Source: the human T2T-CHM13v2.0 reference genome, Homo sapiens
Assembly: GCF_009914755.1 (NCBI RefSeq)
Contig: NC_060927.1
Reading direction: 5' to 3' (one strand)
DNA length: 64,000 nucleotides
This document shows positions 1-14,019 of this stretch, piece after piece (position 1 is the first letter of the stretch; the number at the start of each line of letters is the position of its first letter). The notes under the pieces were generated by a model. That model saw only the letters and a program-made list of their open reading frames with translations. It was not told where the DNA came from and searched no databases. The position numbers and the translations under genes are program-made.

Positions 1-1846
<1,846 letters not shown>

Positions 1847-3626
1847 TCAATTAATTTAAAAATATAAAGTGCTAACTCAAAAAAAAATAATTTGTATCCA
1901 GAATATGTAAAGAACTCTCAAAACTCAATAATCGGAAAGCAAACAACCTAATTAAAGGTAAACAGACTATTAAGAAGTGTGGTATCAGCCACTTGGCAGA
2001 CTAGGAGGCTCCTGGCTCTCTCTCCACTCAGGCACACACCGAATAAACATCTATTTATGAATCAATTTCCTCTGTGAGAAAGTCAGAAAAACAGTAAAGA
2101 GACTCTCACCCACTGAGCAACTCAGAAAATATCCACATTTAATGGGCAGGAATTGCTGAGGCACACTCAGGCACAGATCCCCTCTCTGGGCACTGCACCA
2201 TAAAACTAAGAAGGAATCCTCAACACCCAACTTATCTCTGTGGAGAGAAGGGTTTTGGCCACACATATAGTTCCCTAACTCTAAGGTCATGCACAGTTTG
2301 GCTGTTAATTCACCAATGGGAGCAGAGGGGATTAGGCATACGTAAGTCTCTGTAGCAATTTTATGTGGGCATGCAAGTACATCTAGGGGCTTCATCACCT
2401 GGGAGTAGTACAGAAAAGGGGCTTGAAAATGCAGCTTGCTGTTTCTTTTCCAGTGGGTACATGATGACCTGGCTTCTGACTAACTTACATTGGAGAGTCA
2501 AAGGTGCAAACAGCCTGCTGGCAGCTGAAATGCAGATTGGCACTTCCCAAGCTTTTCCCCCCAGCTCACCCCAGGATGCCAGTTCTACTAATCCCTCCTG
2601 AAAGGAATTTGTCCACACATTGAAAGCCACAACTTTTATAGCTTCAACCTGAAGGGATGCATTCTATACCTCTAGCTCTGGGAGTAGGGAGGATTAGGCA
2701 TATGCCTGTCTCCCTAGATCATAGAACAAAGAGGTGGTTTTAAATAAGTGTCCAAATACAGCTACAGACCACACCAACTGGCAGTAGTTCAGAAAAGAGG
2801 CTGGAATACACAACTTCCATTTTCTCTCTGGAAGGGGTTTACTGCATAATCTTCCAGTGGCTACTTTATGGCCTGGCTGTTAACTAACTTGTATTAAGGA
2901 GTTAACAGACACAGACAAACAGTAGACTTCCAGCAGCCTAAGCATGAGCTTGGCATTTCCCAAGCATTTCCTTTGGTTCACCCCAGTGAAAAATTCAGGT
3001 CTACCTATTTTTCCTGGAAGAAAGTTTGTTTATACACCAAGTCTCACAACTTCTATAGCTCCTATCTATAGCTCCCATCTCTTTAACAACCTAGCTCTAG
3101 GAGTTGATGGAGTTTTGCATTCCTGCATATCCAAGGACCACAGAAAACAAATAAGTAGACATACAATGGATCCACTTCTAGAAGCTATCTCTTCAGGATC
3201 AGAGGGTGCAATCTGAATGGGAGTGCAGCAACTTGTCACAAATTCCTAGCTTAGTGCAGAGACAGTAGGAGAGAAATTCCTGTAGTCAGCCTTACTGTGA
3301 GACTAGAATAAACTGGAACAGCCATCTGACACCCTCATATTTCTAGCTCCATCTGGAGGGTCTGGCTTCAGCCTTACCAATCTCAGGGCACTAACAGGAC
3401 ATGGCATGTTCTAATCTCCAGAGAGCCACTAAAAACAGATACAGTAGTTTGGACAAACAAAAATTTGAGAGGCACCTAAAAATGTCTGGCTGCAGGTACT
3501 GGTGAGATCCTTCTTTTGAAAAAGACCAGTCCGATAAAACTGAGAGAGGCAGTAGTCTTATCAAATGCACAGAAACCAACACAGAGAGTCAAGAAAAGTG
3601 AGGAAAAAAGGAAATATATTCCAAAT

Positions 3627-6247
3627 TGGGTTAGTCCATTTTCACACTGCTATAAAGAATACCTGAGACTGGGTAATTTATAGCGGAAAGAAGTCTAATT
3701 GACTCACAGTTCTGCATGGCTTGGGAGGCCTCAGGAAACACAATCATGACGGAAGGTGAAGGAGAAGCAAGTACCTTCTTTACAAGGTGGCAGAAGAGAG
3801 AGTAAAGGGGAAGTGCCACTTTTAAACCAACAGATTTCATGAGAACTCACTTGCTATTATGAGAAAAGCATGGGGGAAACTGCCTCATGATCCCGTCACT
3901 TCCCATCGTGTCCCTCCCTCGACACATGGGGATTACAATTCAAGATGAGATTTGGGCGGGAACATAGAGCCAACCATATTATTCCACCCCAGGCCCCTCC
4001 TAAATCTCATGTTCTTTCCACATTTCAAAACTAATCATGCCTTCCCAAAAGTCTCCCAAAGTCTTAACTCATTCTAGTATTAACTCAAAAGTCCAAGTCC
4101 AAAGTCTCATCTGAGACAAGGCAAGTCCCTTCCACCTAGGAGTCTGTAAAGTCAAAAATGAATTTGTTACTTCCAAGATATAATCTGGGGCTGGGTGCAG
4201 TGGCTCACGCCTGTAATCCCAGCACTTTGGGAAGCTGAGGTGGGTGAATTACCTGAGATCAGGAGTTCGAGACCAGCCTGGCCAACATGGTGAAACCCAG
4301 TCTCTACCAAAAACTACAAAAAAAATAAAAAATAAAAAATAAATTAGCCAGGCGTAGTGGCACACGCCTGTAATTGCAGCTATTCAGGAGGCTGAGGTAG
4401 GGGAATTGCTTGAGCCTGGCCTACGGAGCGAGACTCTGTCTCAAAAAAAAAAAAAGATACAATGGGGGTACAGGCATTGGGTAAATGTTCCCATTCCAAA
4501 TGGGAGAAATTGGCAAAACAAGGGGGCCACAGGCCCCATGCAAGTTTAAAACCTGGCAGGGCACTCATTAAATCTCAAAGTACCAAAATAATCTCCTTTG
4601 ACTCCACGTCTCACAACCAAGGCATGCTGATTCAAAGGGTAGGCTCCCAAGGCCTTGGGCAAGTCCACTCCTGTGACTCTGCAAGGTACAGGCCCCATGG
4701 CTTTTTTCACAGGCTGGCTTTGAGTGCCTACGGCTTTTCCAGGTGCACAGTGCAAGCTGTCAGTGGATCTACCTTTCTGGGGTCTGAAGGACAGTGGCCC
4801 TCTTCTCACCACTCCACCAGGCAGTGCCCCAGCTGGGGTACTCTGTGTGGGGGCTCCATTCCTTCCACACTTCCCTAGTAGAGGTTCTCCATGTGGGCTC
4901 CACCCCTGCAGCTGACTTCTGTGTGGAAATCCAGGCATTTTCATATATCCTCTGAAATCTAGGCAAAGATTCCCAGACCTCAATTCTTGCCTTCTGCACA
5001 CTGCAGGTCCAACACCACATGGAAGCTGCCAAGGCTTGGAGCTTGCATGCTCTGAAGCCATGGCCTGAGCTATACTTTGGCTTCTTTTAGCCATGGCTGG
5101 AGCTGGAGTGGCTGGAACACAGGGCACCATGTCCTGAGGCTGTACAGAGCAGTGGGGCCCTGAGCAGGGCCCAAAAAATCATTTTTCCCTTCTAGGCCTC
5201 TGGGCCTGTGATGGGAGTGGCTGCCTTGAAGTGTTCTGAAATGCCCTGGAGACATTTTCCTCATTGTCTTGGTAATTAGCATTTGGCTCCTTGTTACTTA
5301 GGCAAATTTCTACAGCTGGCTTGAATTTCTCTCCAGTAAAATGGGTGTTTCTTTTCTACCACATGGCCAGGCTGCAAATTTTCCAAATTTCTATGCTCTG
5401 CTTCCCCTTTAAACATACGTTCCAATTTCAAACCATCTCTTTTTGAGTACATATCATTGTATGATTTCAGGAAAAGCCAGTTCACCTCTCAAATGCTTTG
5501 TTGCTTAGACATTTCTTCTGCCAGATACCCTAAATCCTCTCTCTCAAGTTCAAAGACCACAGATCTCTGGGGCAGGGGCAAAATGCCACAAGTTGCTTTG
5601 CTAAAGCATAGCAAGAGTGACCTTTGCTTCAGTTCCCATTAAGTTCTTCATCCCCATCTGAGACCACCTCAGCCTGAATATCATTGTCCATATCACTATC
5701 TGCATTTTGGTCAAAATCATTTAACAAGTCGCTAGAAAGTTCCAAACTTTCCCACATTTTCCTGTCTTCTTCTGAGGCCTCCAAACTGTTCGAACCTCTG
5801 CCCATTACCCAGTTTGAAAGTCACTTCCACATTTTCCGGTTATCTTTATAGCAGTACCCCACCCATCTGATGCCAATTCTCTGTATTAGTCCATTTGCAC
5901 ACTGCTATAAAGATATAACCTGAGACTGGGTAATTTATAAAGAAAAAAGGTTTAAATGACTCACAATTCTGCATGGCTAGAGAGGCCTCAGAAAACTTAA
6001 CAATCATTGCAGAAGATGAAGGGGAAACAAGGCCCTTCTTACACGGCAGCAGAAGAGAGAGAGAGCATAGGGGAAACTGCTATTTTTAAATGATCTGATC
6101 TCATGAGAACTCACTCATTATCATGAGTACAGCATGAGGAAGACTGTCCCCATCATCCAATCACCTCTCACCAGGTTCCTCCCTCAACACATGGGGATTA
6201 TAATTCAAGACGAAATTTGGGTGGGGACACAGAGCCAAACCGTATCA
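3627..6247 (-). mobile_element. Complete MaLR provirus, THE1D/MSTA-like (LTR 3627-3981, internal region, LTR 5882-6247)
   Basis: Two homologous ~360 bp LTRs (TG..TTAGTCCATTT..CACACTGCTATAAAGA ... GAGCCAA(A)CC.TAT.A) flank THE1-int-like sequence. Target duplication CCAAAT at 3621-3626 and 6248-6253. Confidence 0.92.
4189..4455 (+). mobile_element. AluS with right-arm deletion, inserted in the MaLR internal region
   Basis: GGCTGGGTGCAGTGGCTCACGCCTGTAATCCCAGCAC start, A-rich linker, GAGACTCTGTCTC plus poly-A. Flanks AAGATATAAT / AAGATACAAT look like a TSD. Confidence 0.95.
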
Positions 6248-8141
6248 CCAAATAAAAGAACAAAAATCTCCAAAAACCAATCCTAGTGAAATGGAGATAT
6301 GTGATTTACCCAACAGGGACCTCAAAATAATGGTTATAAAGATGCTCACTTTATGAGAATTTAACAAGGTCAAGAGAGCAATGCAAGAACAAAATGAAAT
6401 TTTCAACAAAGAGGTAGAAAGTATATAAAAGCACCAAACAGAAATCCTAGAGCTGAAGAATACTGTAACCAAACTAAAAAGTGTAATAGAGGGAGTTCTT
6501 CAAGGTGAAGGAAGAGGATACAAATTAGTAACATGAAAACACACAAACATATAAAATTTCACTGGTACAAGTAAGTACACTGTCAAATCCAAAACACTAA
6601 TGCTGTAATGGTAGTGGGTAAATAAATTATATCTCTACTGTACAGGTCAAAAGAAAAAACTGTTAAAAACAATGAAAGCTACAATAATTTGTTAGGAATA
6701 CAAATTATAAAAAAGATGTAAATTATGACATCAAAAACATAAAATGTGAGAGGAGAGTAAAAGCATAGAGTTTGTGTATGCCATCAAAATTAAGCTTTTA
6801 TCAACTTAAAATTACCAGTTATAAGATGTTTTATTTAAGCCCCATAGTAACCACAAAGCCAAAGTCAATAATAGACCCACAAAAGATAAAAAATAAGATC
6901 TAAAACATACCACTACAGAAAACCATCAAACCACAAAGAAAGAAATCAAGAGAGGAAGAAAGGACATGAAAAACAACGAGTAAACAATGAACAAAATGGC
7001 AATGGTAAGTTCTTACCTATTAATAATTACTTTAAATGTAAATGGATTAAATTCTCCAATCAAAAGGCATATAGTGGTTGAATGAATAAAAAAACAAGAC
7101 CCAACTACATGCTGCCTATAAAAGACTTAACCTTAAAGGACACTCATAGACTCAAAGTCAAGGGATAGAAAAAGATTTTATGCAAATGGAAATCAAAAGT
7201 GAGCAGGGGTAGCTATATTTATATTAGACAAAATAAACTTTAGGTCAAAACTGTAAGAAGAGAAAAAGAATATCACACAGTGATAAGGGGGTCAATTCAT
7301 CAAGAGGATATAACATTGTAAATATATATCCACCCAACACTGGAGTAGCTAAATGTATAAAACAAACATTAAAATATGTGAGGAGAGACATAGACTGCAA
7401 CACAATAATAATAGAGGATCTCAATACTTGACTTTCCATAAGAGACAGATCATCCAGGCAGAAAATTAATAAGGAAACATTGAACTTCAACTACACTCTA
7501 GACCAAACAGACCTACCAAACATATATATTAATAGAGTATTTTATCCAACCACAAAAGAATGCACATTCTTCTCAAGTTCATAGAAAACAGTATCCATAA
7601 TAGATTATGTTAGGCCACAAAATAAGTCTTAACAAATTGAAAAAAAAATTTTAAATCATATCAAGTACACTTTCTAGTCACAATGGTACAAAACTAGAAA
7701 TTGTTACAAGAGGAATAGAAAATTAACAAATGTGTAGAAATTAAGCAATATGTTCTTATTGCTTTGAGCCAATAATTATTGGCTCAAAGAAGAAATTTTT
7801 TAAAACTTAAAAAATATCTTGAGACAAAGGAAAATAAAAACACAACATATAAAAGTTATGGGATGCAGCAATAGCAGTTTTAAGAGGAAATTTTATATAA
7901 CATATATGTTTATATCAAAAAAGAATAAAGATCTTAAATAAACACCTAACATTACACCCTTAGGAACTAGAACAAAAAATAATCCCAAAGCTAGCAAAAA
8001 GAAGGAAATAACAATAAAATTTATTTCAAAGCAGAAATGTAAAAGTAGAGATGAGAAAAACTATAGAAAAAACATCAAACAAACTAACAGTTATTTCTTT
8101 AAAAAGCTAAAAAAAATTTACAAACCCTTAGTTAGACTAAC

Positions 8142-8418
8142 TGGTACGGTTTAAATATTTGTCCCCCCCAAAACTTACGTTTAAATGTAATCCTCAGTGT
8201 GGCAGTATTGAGAGGTAGTACCCTTAAGAGGTAATTGGGTTACAAAGGCAGAGCCATTCGTGTATTAATGAATTAATAGATTAATGGATTATCATGGAGT
8301 AGAACTGGTAGCTCTATAAGAAGAGAAAGAGATCTGAGCCACCATGCTCAGCCACTTTGCCATGTGATGCCCTGTATTGCTTTGTAAATCTGCAGAGTCC
8401 CCACCAGCAAGAAGGCTC
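8142..8418 (+). mobile_element. Partial MST-family (MSTB/MSTC-like) MaLR LTR, 3' part missing
   Basis: MST motifs TATAAGAAGAGAAAGAGATCTGAGC, GCCATGTGATGCCCTG and GAGTCCCCACCAGCAAGAAGGC. Confidence 0.75.
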
Positions 8419-8780
8419 AAAAAGGAATAAGATCATATCCTTTGCAGTGACATGGATGGAGCTGGAAGCCATTATCCTCAACAAACTAACAAAGGAAAAG
8501 AAAACCAAAGACTGCCTGTTCTCACTTATAAGTGGGAACTGAATGATAAGAACACATGGACACATGGGTGGAAGGAACAACACACACTGGGGGCTACTGT
8601 GGGGCACACAGGGAGGGAAAGCCTCAGGAAGAATAGCTAATGGATGCTGGGCTTAATACCTGGGTGATGGGTTGTTTGGTGCAGCAAACCACCATGGTAC
8701 ACATTAACCTAAGTAACAAACTTACACATCCTGCACATGTACCCTAGAACTTAAAATAAAAGTTGAAGAAAAAGAAATAA
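8419..8780 (+). mobile_element. L1PA13-16/L1PREC2-like 3' end
   Basis: ORF2 C-terminus (FAVTWMELEAIILNKL) and 3'UTR GAATAGCTAATGGATGCTGGGCTTAATACC...AACTTAAAATAAAAGTTGAA followed by an A-tail. Confidence 0.88.
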
Positions 8781-8979
8781 ATCAAAAATGAACAAAACTA
8801 ATCTATGGCAATGTAACTTTTTTAAAGTTGAGAAAGATGACTGGAAAAGAGCTGCATGGAATTGAGATGGTAATAATTTGGGGTGATGGTGACATGAATG
8901 TATTTAACTATGAAACCTCCAGAATTTTGAGTATCATCATTGCATCCCAGTAAATTAAATTGATATTGCACTTTTTAAA

Positions 8980-9430
8980 AGTGAACAGACACCAAATTCT
9001 AGAAAATTTGCAGGAAAACATGGTCACTCATACATTACTGGTGGAAATGCAAAATACCACCATGCTCTAAAAAATAGCTCAGCAGTTTCTTTTGAAACTA
9101 AACATACACTTACTATGTTACCCAGCAATCACATTTCTGGGCATTTGTACTAAGGAAATGAAATTTATATTTACACAAAAAAACTACACATTAAAGTTCA
9201 TAGCAGCTTTATTCATAATAGTCAAAAACAGGAAACAATCCAAATGTCCTTCAATGAATAAAATGCTTAAATAAAATGTAGTACATTCATACCACAGAAT
9301 ACTACTCAGCAATATAAAGGAATGAACTGTAGATACATGCAACCACTTTGGTGGATCTCAAAGGGATTATGTGGAGTGAAAAAGCCAATCTCAAAATGTT
9401 ATACACTGTATAATTTCATTTATACAACCT
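8980..9430 (+). mobile_element. L1MC-like 3' fragment
   Basis: CCCAGCAATCACATTTCTGGGCATTT and GCAGCTTTATTCATAATAGTCAAAAAC.GGAAACAATCCAAATGTCC are typical of old L1 ORF2 ends. Confidence 0.75.
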
Positions 9431-9779
9431 AATGATACAACAACTTTGATGATTTTAAGAGAATTATGATGAGTGGAGAAAAAAAAAGCCAATCTCTTTC
9501 CCCACAGGACTCTCGGAATTTTTGTCTCCTGCCTGGGTAGTAAATGCAGAAAACTGCACTGGCTTTTTTCATTCTACATAATTCCTTTGAAATCCCACAA
9601 AGTGGTTGCATGCATCTATAGTTCATTCCTTTATATTGCTGAGTGGTATTCTGTGGTATGGATGTACCTTTTATTTAGGCATTTTACTCACTGAAGAACA
9701 TTTGGATTGTTTCCAGTTTTTGACTATCATGAATAAAGCTGCCATGAACTTTAATGTGTAGTTTTTTGTGTAAATATAA
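9165..9779. repeat. Long inverted repeat: arms 9165-9387 and 9560-9779, ~170 bp spacer
   Basis: The reverse complement of 9560-9779 aligns end-to-end with 9165-9387 with scattered substitutions. The ORF track shows the same peptide on opposite strands (KNYTLKF.AALF.IVKN.KQSKC). Confidence 0.93.
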
Positions 9780-10411
9780 GATGCAGAAACCGCATTTGCT
9801 ACCCAGGCAGGAAACTGGAAAATCTCTATAGAATCTGAGAGTCTAGGGGAAAAAGCAAAGATACTCATATTATGAGCTTCCCAAGAAACTTCCAACTGTA
9901 TTACTGTATATTGCAGTGTACAATCAACAAGGCCTACATATGTCTGCAGGGCATCTAATCAGCATTTTTGTCCCTGACACCTAATAAGTGTTGGCAAACA
10001 AAAATCTGAGGAAAGTCTCTAACACAAAAGATAGGGATTACAACAAATAAATAGAAAACAAAAGAAAATTCACGAAAAACATACCAGTGTACTCTAAGAG
10101 AAAATAAATTGAACACATGAAATAAGAACAGGATGCTATTAGGTTGGTGCAAAAGTAACTGCAGTTTTTGCCATTACTTTTAATAGCAAAAAGTAGCATT
10201 TGGGGAATAAGGAAACCTCAGGGATGAAAAAGATGATAACAGAAATTAAAAAGTCAAGAGAGAGCTTGAAATATAATGTCAAGGACATTATGTTAAAAGA
10301 CAAAGAAACAGAAATAGAAAATAGGGGAGAAAAGAGAAGTCATTAAATGATCAATCCATCCAGTATGTCCAGAAAAAAAGATTAGAGAAAATGGAGAGCA
10401 GGAAGCCATCA

Positions 10412-10612
<201 letters not shown>

Positions 10613-10869
10613 TCATAACAAGTTCTCAAAGAAAAAAACATCTATAAGAAGAATTTGTGAGAAGCACATCACAAAAAACAAAACGTATCTTTTGAGCATA
10701 TGAAGGTAACAAAATATACCCTTTCATTTCTTGGAAATGCACTGTCATTGTTGTCACTCCAGGATTGTTGGAGAAGGAGAAGAGGAAGATTCTTTCTTCT
10801 CCTATCAATTTTATACTTTCATTTTTTTAATTAAAGCATGTCTGCTTCAAGTTTTAATCAAAATTTTAA

Positions 10870-11259
<390 letters not shown>

Positions 11260-14019
11260 TAAGGAAAAAAAAATACTATCCCACTTTCAACTTGAAAATA
11301 TACATCAGGCTGCCCATAGCTGTGTCCCTTTTGAAGGGTTTCTGTTGCTCTTCATTCCAAAAAAGGATAGTTTTTTTTTAATATTCAGAATTCTTACAAT
11401 GACTCTGATGGCACCTGTAGGCACTCTGCTATCTGAGGTGACTATAGGGGCACAAAAATGTGTAGGTGCCATTTCAGCACTTTCTCTTCTCTCCCCATCC
11501 CATAGTTGATGGCCTTAACAAATGAGACAGGGCTATCCATTATGATGAAGAGATGTGAGTTGACATAAAAGGCTGGGAAGATCCTGGCCTTAATCTTCAT
11601 TTTACCACATACAAAAACATTTAGATCTGATTTTTAGAAACAAATTGTTCATATGCAGCCAAGAGTCTGTTCCATCTTATGATTGAATTACTTTTCTTGA
11701 ATAAACATTCCCAGAAAATAAGTGCAGTTTTTCCTGTTTGAAGAGGAAGCAATGAACATAGAGAAAAACCCAAGAAAAGCAGCTAAATTGATTGATGGTA
11801 GGCTTAGGGTTTAAAATGACAGATTCATGTCATGCTCCCTCTTCAAACCACTTTGTCTTCAATTTTTTCTCTGCCTTTTCCCGGTTCTGTTTCCTCTCTG
11901 TCCCCTCAAGCACAACTGGACTGTTTCTCTTGAATGTTGCATATATGATAATTAACATATGTAGTAAACCTTTACTCATCAAAAATACAGTTTCTACACT
12001 GCATGCCATGCACTGTGATGGGAGTTGAAAATACAATGTTAATGAAAAAAAAAGTCTTTGTGGGGTTTATAACCTAATATGGTAAACTTGAAATTCCTAT
12101 GTTATGCTAAATCCCCTCCACCTGTGCCTATATCACTTTCCTCTGCATACATATTTATCACCCATCATCCTCTCCTGTCACATATACACAGAGTGCAGAC
12201 ATAGCGACCAATAAAATTTTAATTGACAGATTTAGAAATCAGTAATGCAGAAGCTGTCAAAATGCTGAACATAGACGTTAAAGCTCCCCATTCACAGCCA
12301 ACAACAAAAGAAAAGAAAATACTTAAGATTATCAAACCAATCAAGAGTTCATTTATGCACCCAAGTTGATTATCAGATTAGTTATGACTAGAGTTAAGGA
12401 AAAGATATGCAAAACCCCTGTTCAAACTCTTTCGCACCTATGTTTCCTTAGGCTCTACCAGTTTGGGAGTGACAGGAGTCATATTTATAGAAACACAGTA
12501 GTTTCCTAATTCTTCTCTCACTTATTATTGAATATCTTCCAGATGCTCTTTAAAATTTCCTGCAAGCATTCCTGCGTGTCCCCTGAAGAGTTCCCACTGG
12601 TACTGATGTGTGAGGCTGTCTTAGTGACCACTTCCTCCATTCTTGCGGTGACTTCATTTCTGGCTCCATGTGAGCTATATCCCAATCTCTGTGAAGCCTG
12701 ATGAATGTGCAATTTCACTGATGCCGCCTCCGATGAGATATTTTGTCAAGGTCTGCTGAAGTCATGCCGTGCTCATATGGTGCTTTGCTGAAGCTGCCAA
12801 AACTCCAATATGGCTGGTGCCCTCCCCTGCTGATAGCCCAGTGCCCGCAGTAGAGCACTGGCATTTTATATTCTCAGCTGCAGTCACAGTGGAGAAAAAA
12901 AATGGTCTCACCTGTGTAGTTCTCTGCTAAATGTACCTTGTTAGCAGTTATGAAAGCTGCAACACATGCAAGACAAATAAAAAATAAAGTACTGGTTTAT
13001 TTATATGAGAATCTCCAAAATGCTGGGCCTTTGGATAAGCATGGTTGGAAACTACTGTGGGAAAGCAAGATGAGGGACCCAAGCTGAGCCTCCTACCTCC
13101 TATTCTACCCAAAAATCTTAGAGCCTGTATGCTCAGGTATGCACACAGAGGCATAAACAGCGTCTTCAAACCTGACTCCATATCACTTACACAAACAGGC
13201 CTGCCTTGAACACCCAGTTACATGCAGAACAGAGAGAGCTTGAAGAATGATGATGTGAAGCCAGTTATGACTAATACTGCTGAAAGAAAGCTTTTCCCAA
13301 AGATATAGCAAGAAATAAACTGAGAGAGTCTGTACGTATAGCACATCAAAACATTCATTTTAGGTAGTTTGACTTGCCCATCTCCCTCCTACCCTTCCCT
13401 TCTCTTACCTGGAGGATTCTTTACTAAGACAAAACTTCAGCTATGCTTCCAGGAGGATCAAGGATGTATTAGGGAGCTTCCTTTATGAGTATCTTCAGGC
13501 ATCCTTAATATCATGTATCTTTTTTATGTTACTTGCTGAGACCATAGTAAATCAAAGTAACAGTAATGTTGGACCAATTAAAGAAGTCATATCTGCTAAT
13601 CCCAAATCTAGACCCCCTTTTGTGTGTGGTCGAGCACACAAGACCTTCTTCATAAGACAGGCTGTGGACCCTTCCCAGGCTAAGCACAAGGAGACAAAAA
13701 ATGCTAGTAACTGGAAGAGTAGAGAAGGCATGTCATATGTGAACACCCTTCCCTCTTATAGACAAATCTCAGTGAACAAAACCCTGCCTAATAAATTAGC
13801 TACTTTACTTAACCACCCCCACCTTAGTAGGAGTAAGTAAAACCAGTATTTCTCTACATTTCCAAAAGGGCTTGAGAAACAAAAGTTCACTTAGTCCTTA
13901 AACTCATTATGTATTGAACCAGGAACCTGAGGAATGAGGCACATATGTTTACCCCTACATGTTTCAAAAGAGTAAATACCTGTGCTTTCAATGTCACTTA
14001 GTATCATGGGGAAACTACA

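Larger units (their letters stand above)
1990..8141 (+). mobile_element. Old L1M (L1MA/MB-age) 5' half: 5'UTR, ORF1 remnant, inter-ORF, ORF2 endonuclease region; split by a MaLR provirus
   Basis: L1M ORF1-type sequence is continuous across the provirus (GGAAATATATTCCAAAT | AAAAGAACAAAAATCTCC...GAAATGGAGATATGTGATTTACC). Endonuclease-like AATAATTACTTTAAATGTAAATGGATTAAATTCTCCAAT at ~7020. The 5' boundary is approximate. Confidence 0.75.

Noticed and set aside
4462-5642. Cluster of overlapping ORFs up to 194 aa
   Set aside because: They lie within the degenerate MaLR internal region; fragmented and not a host gene.
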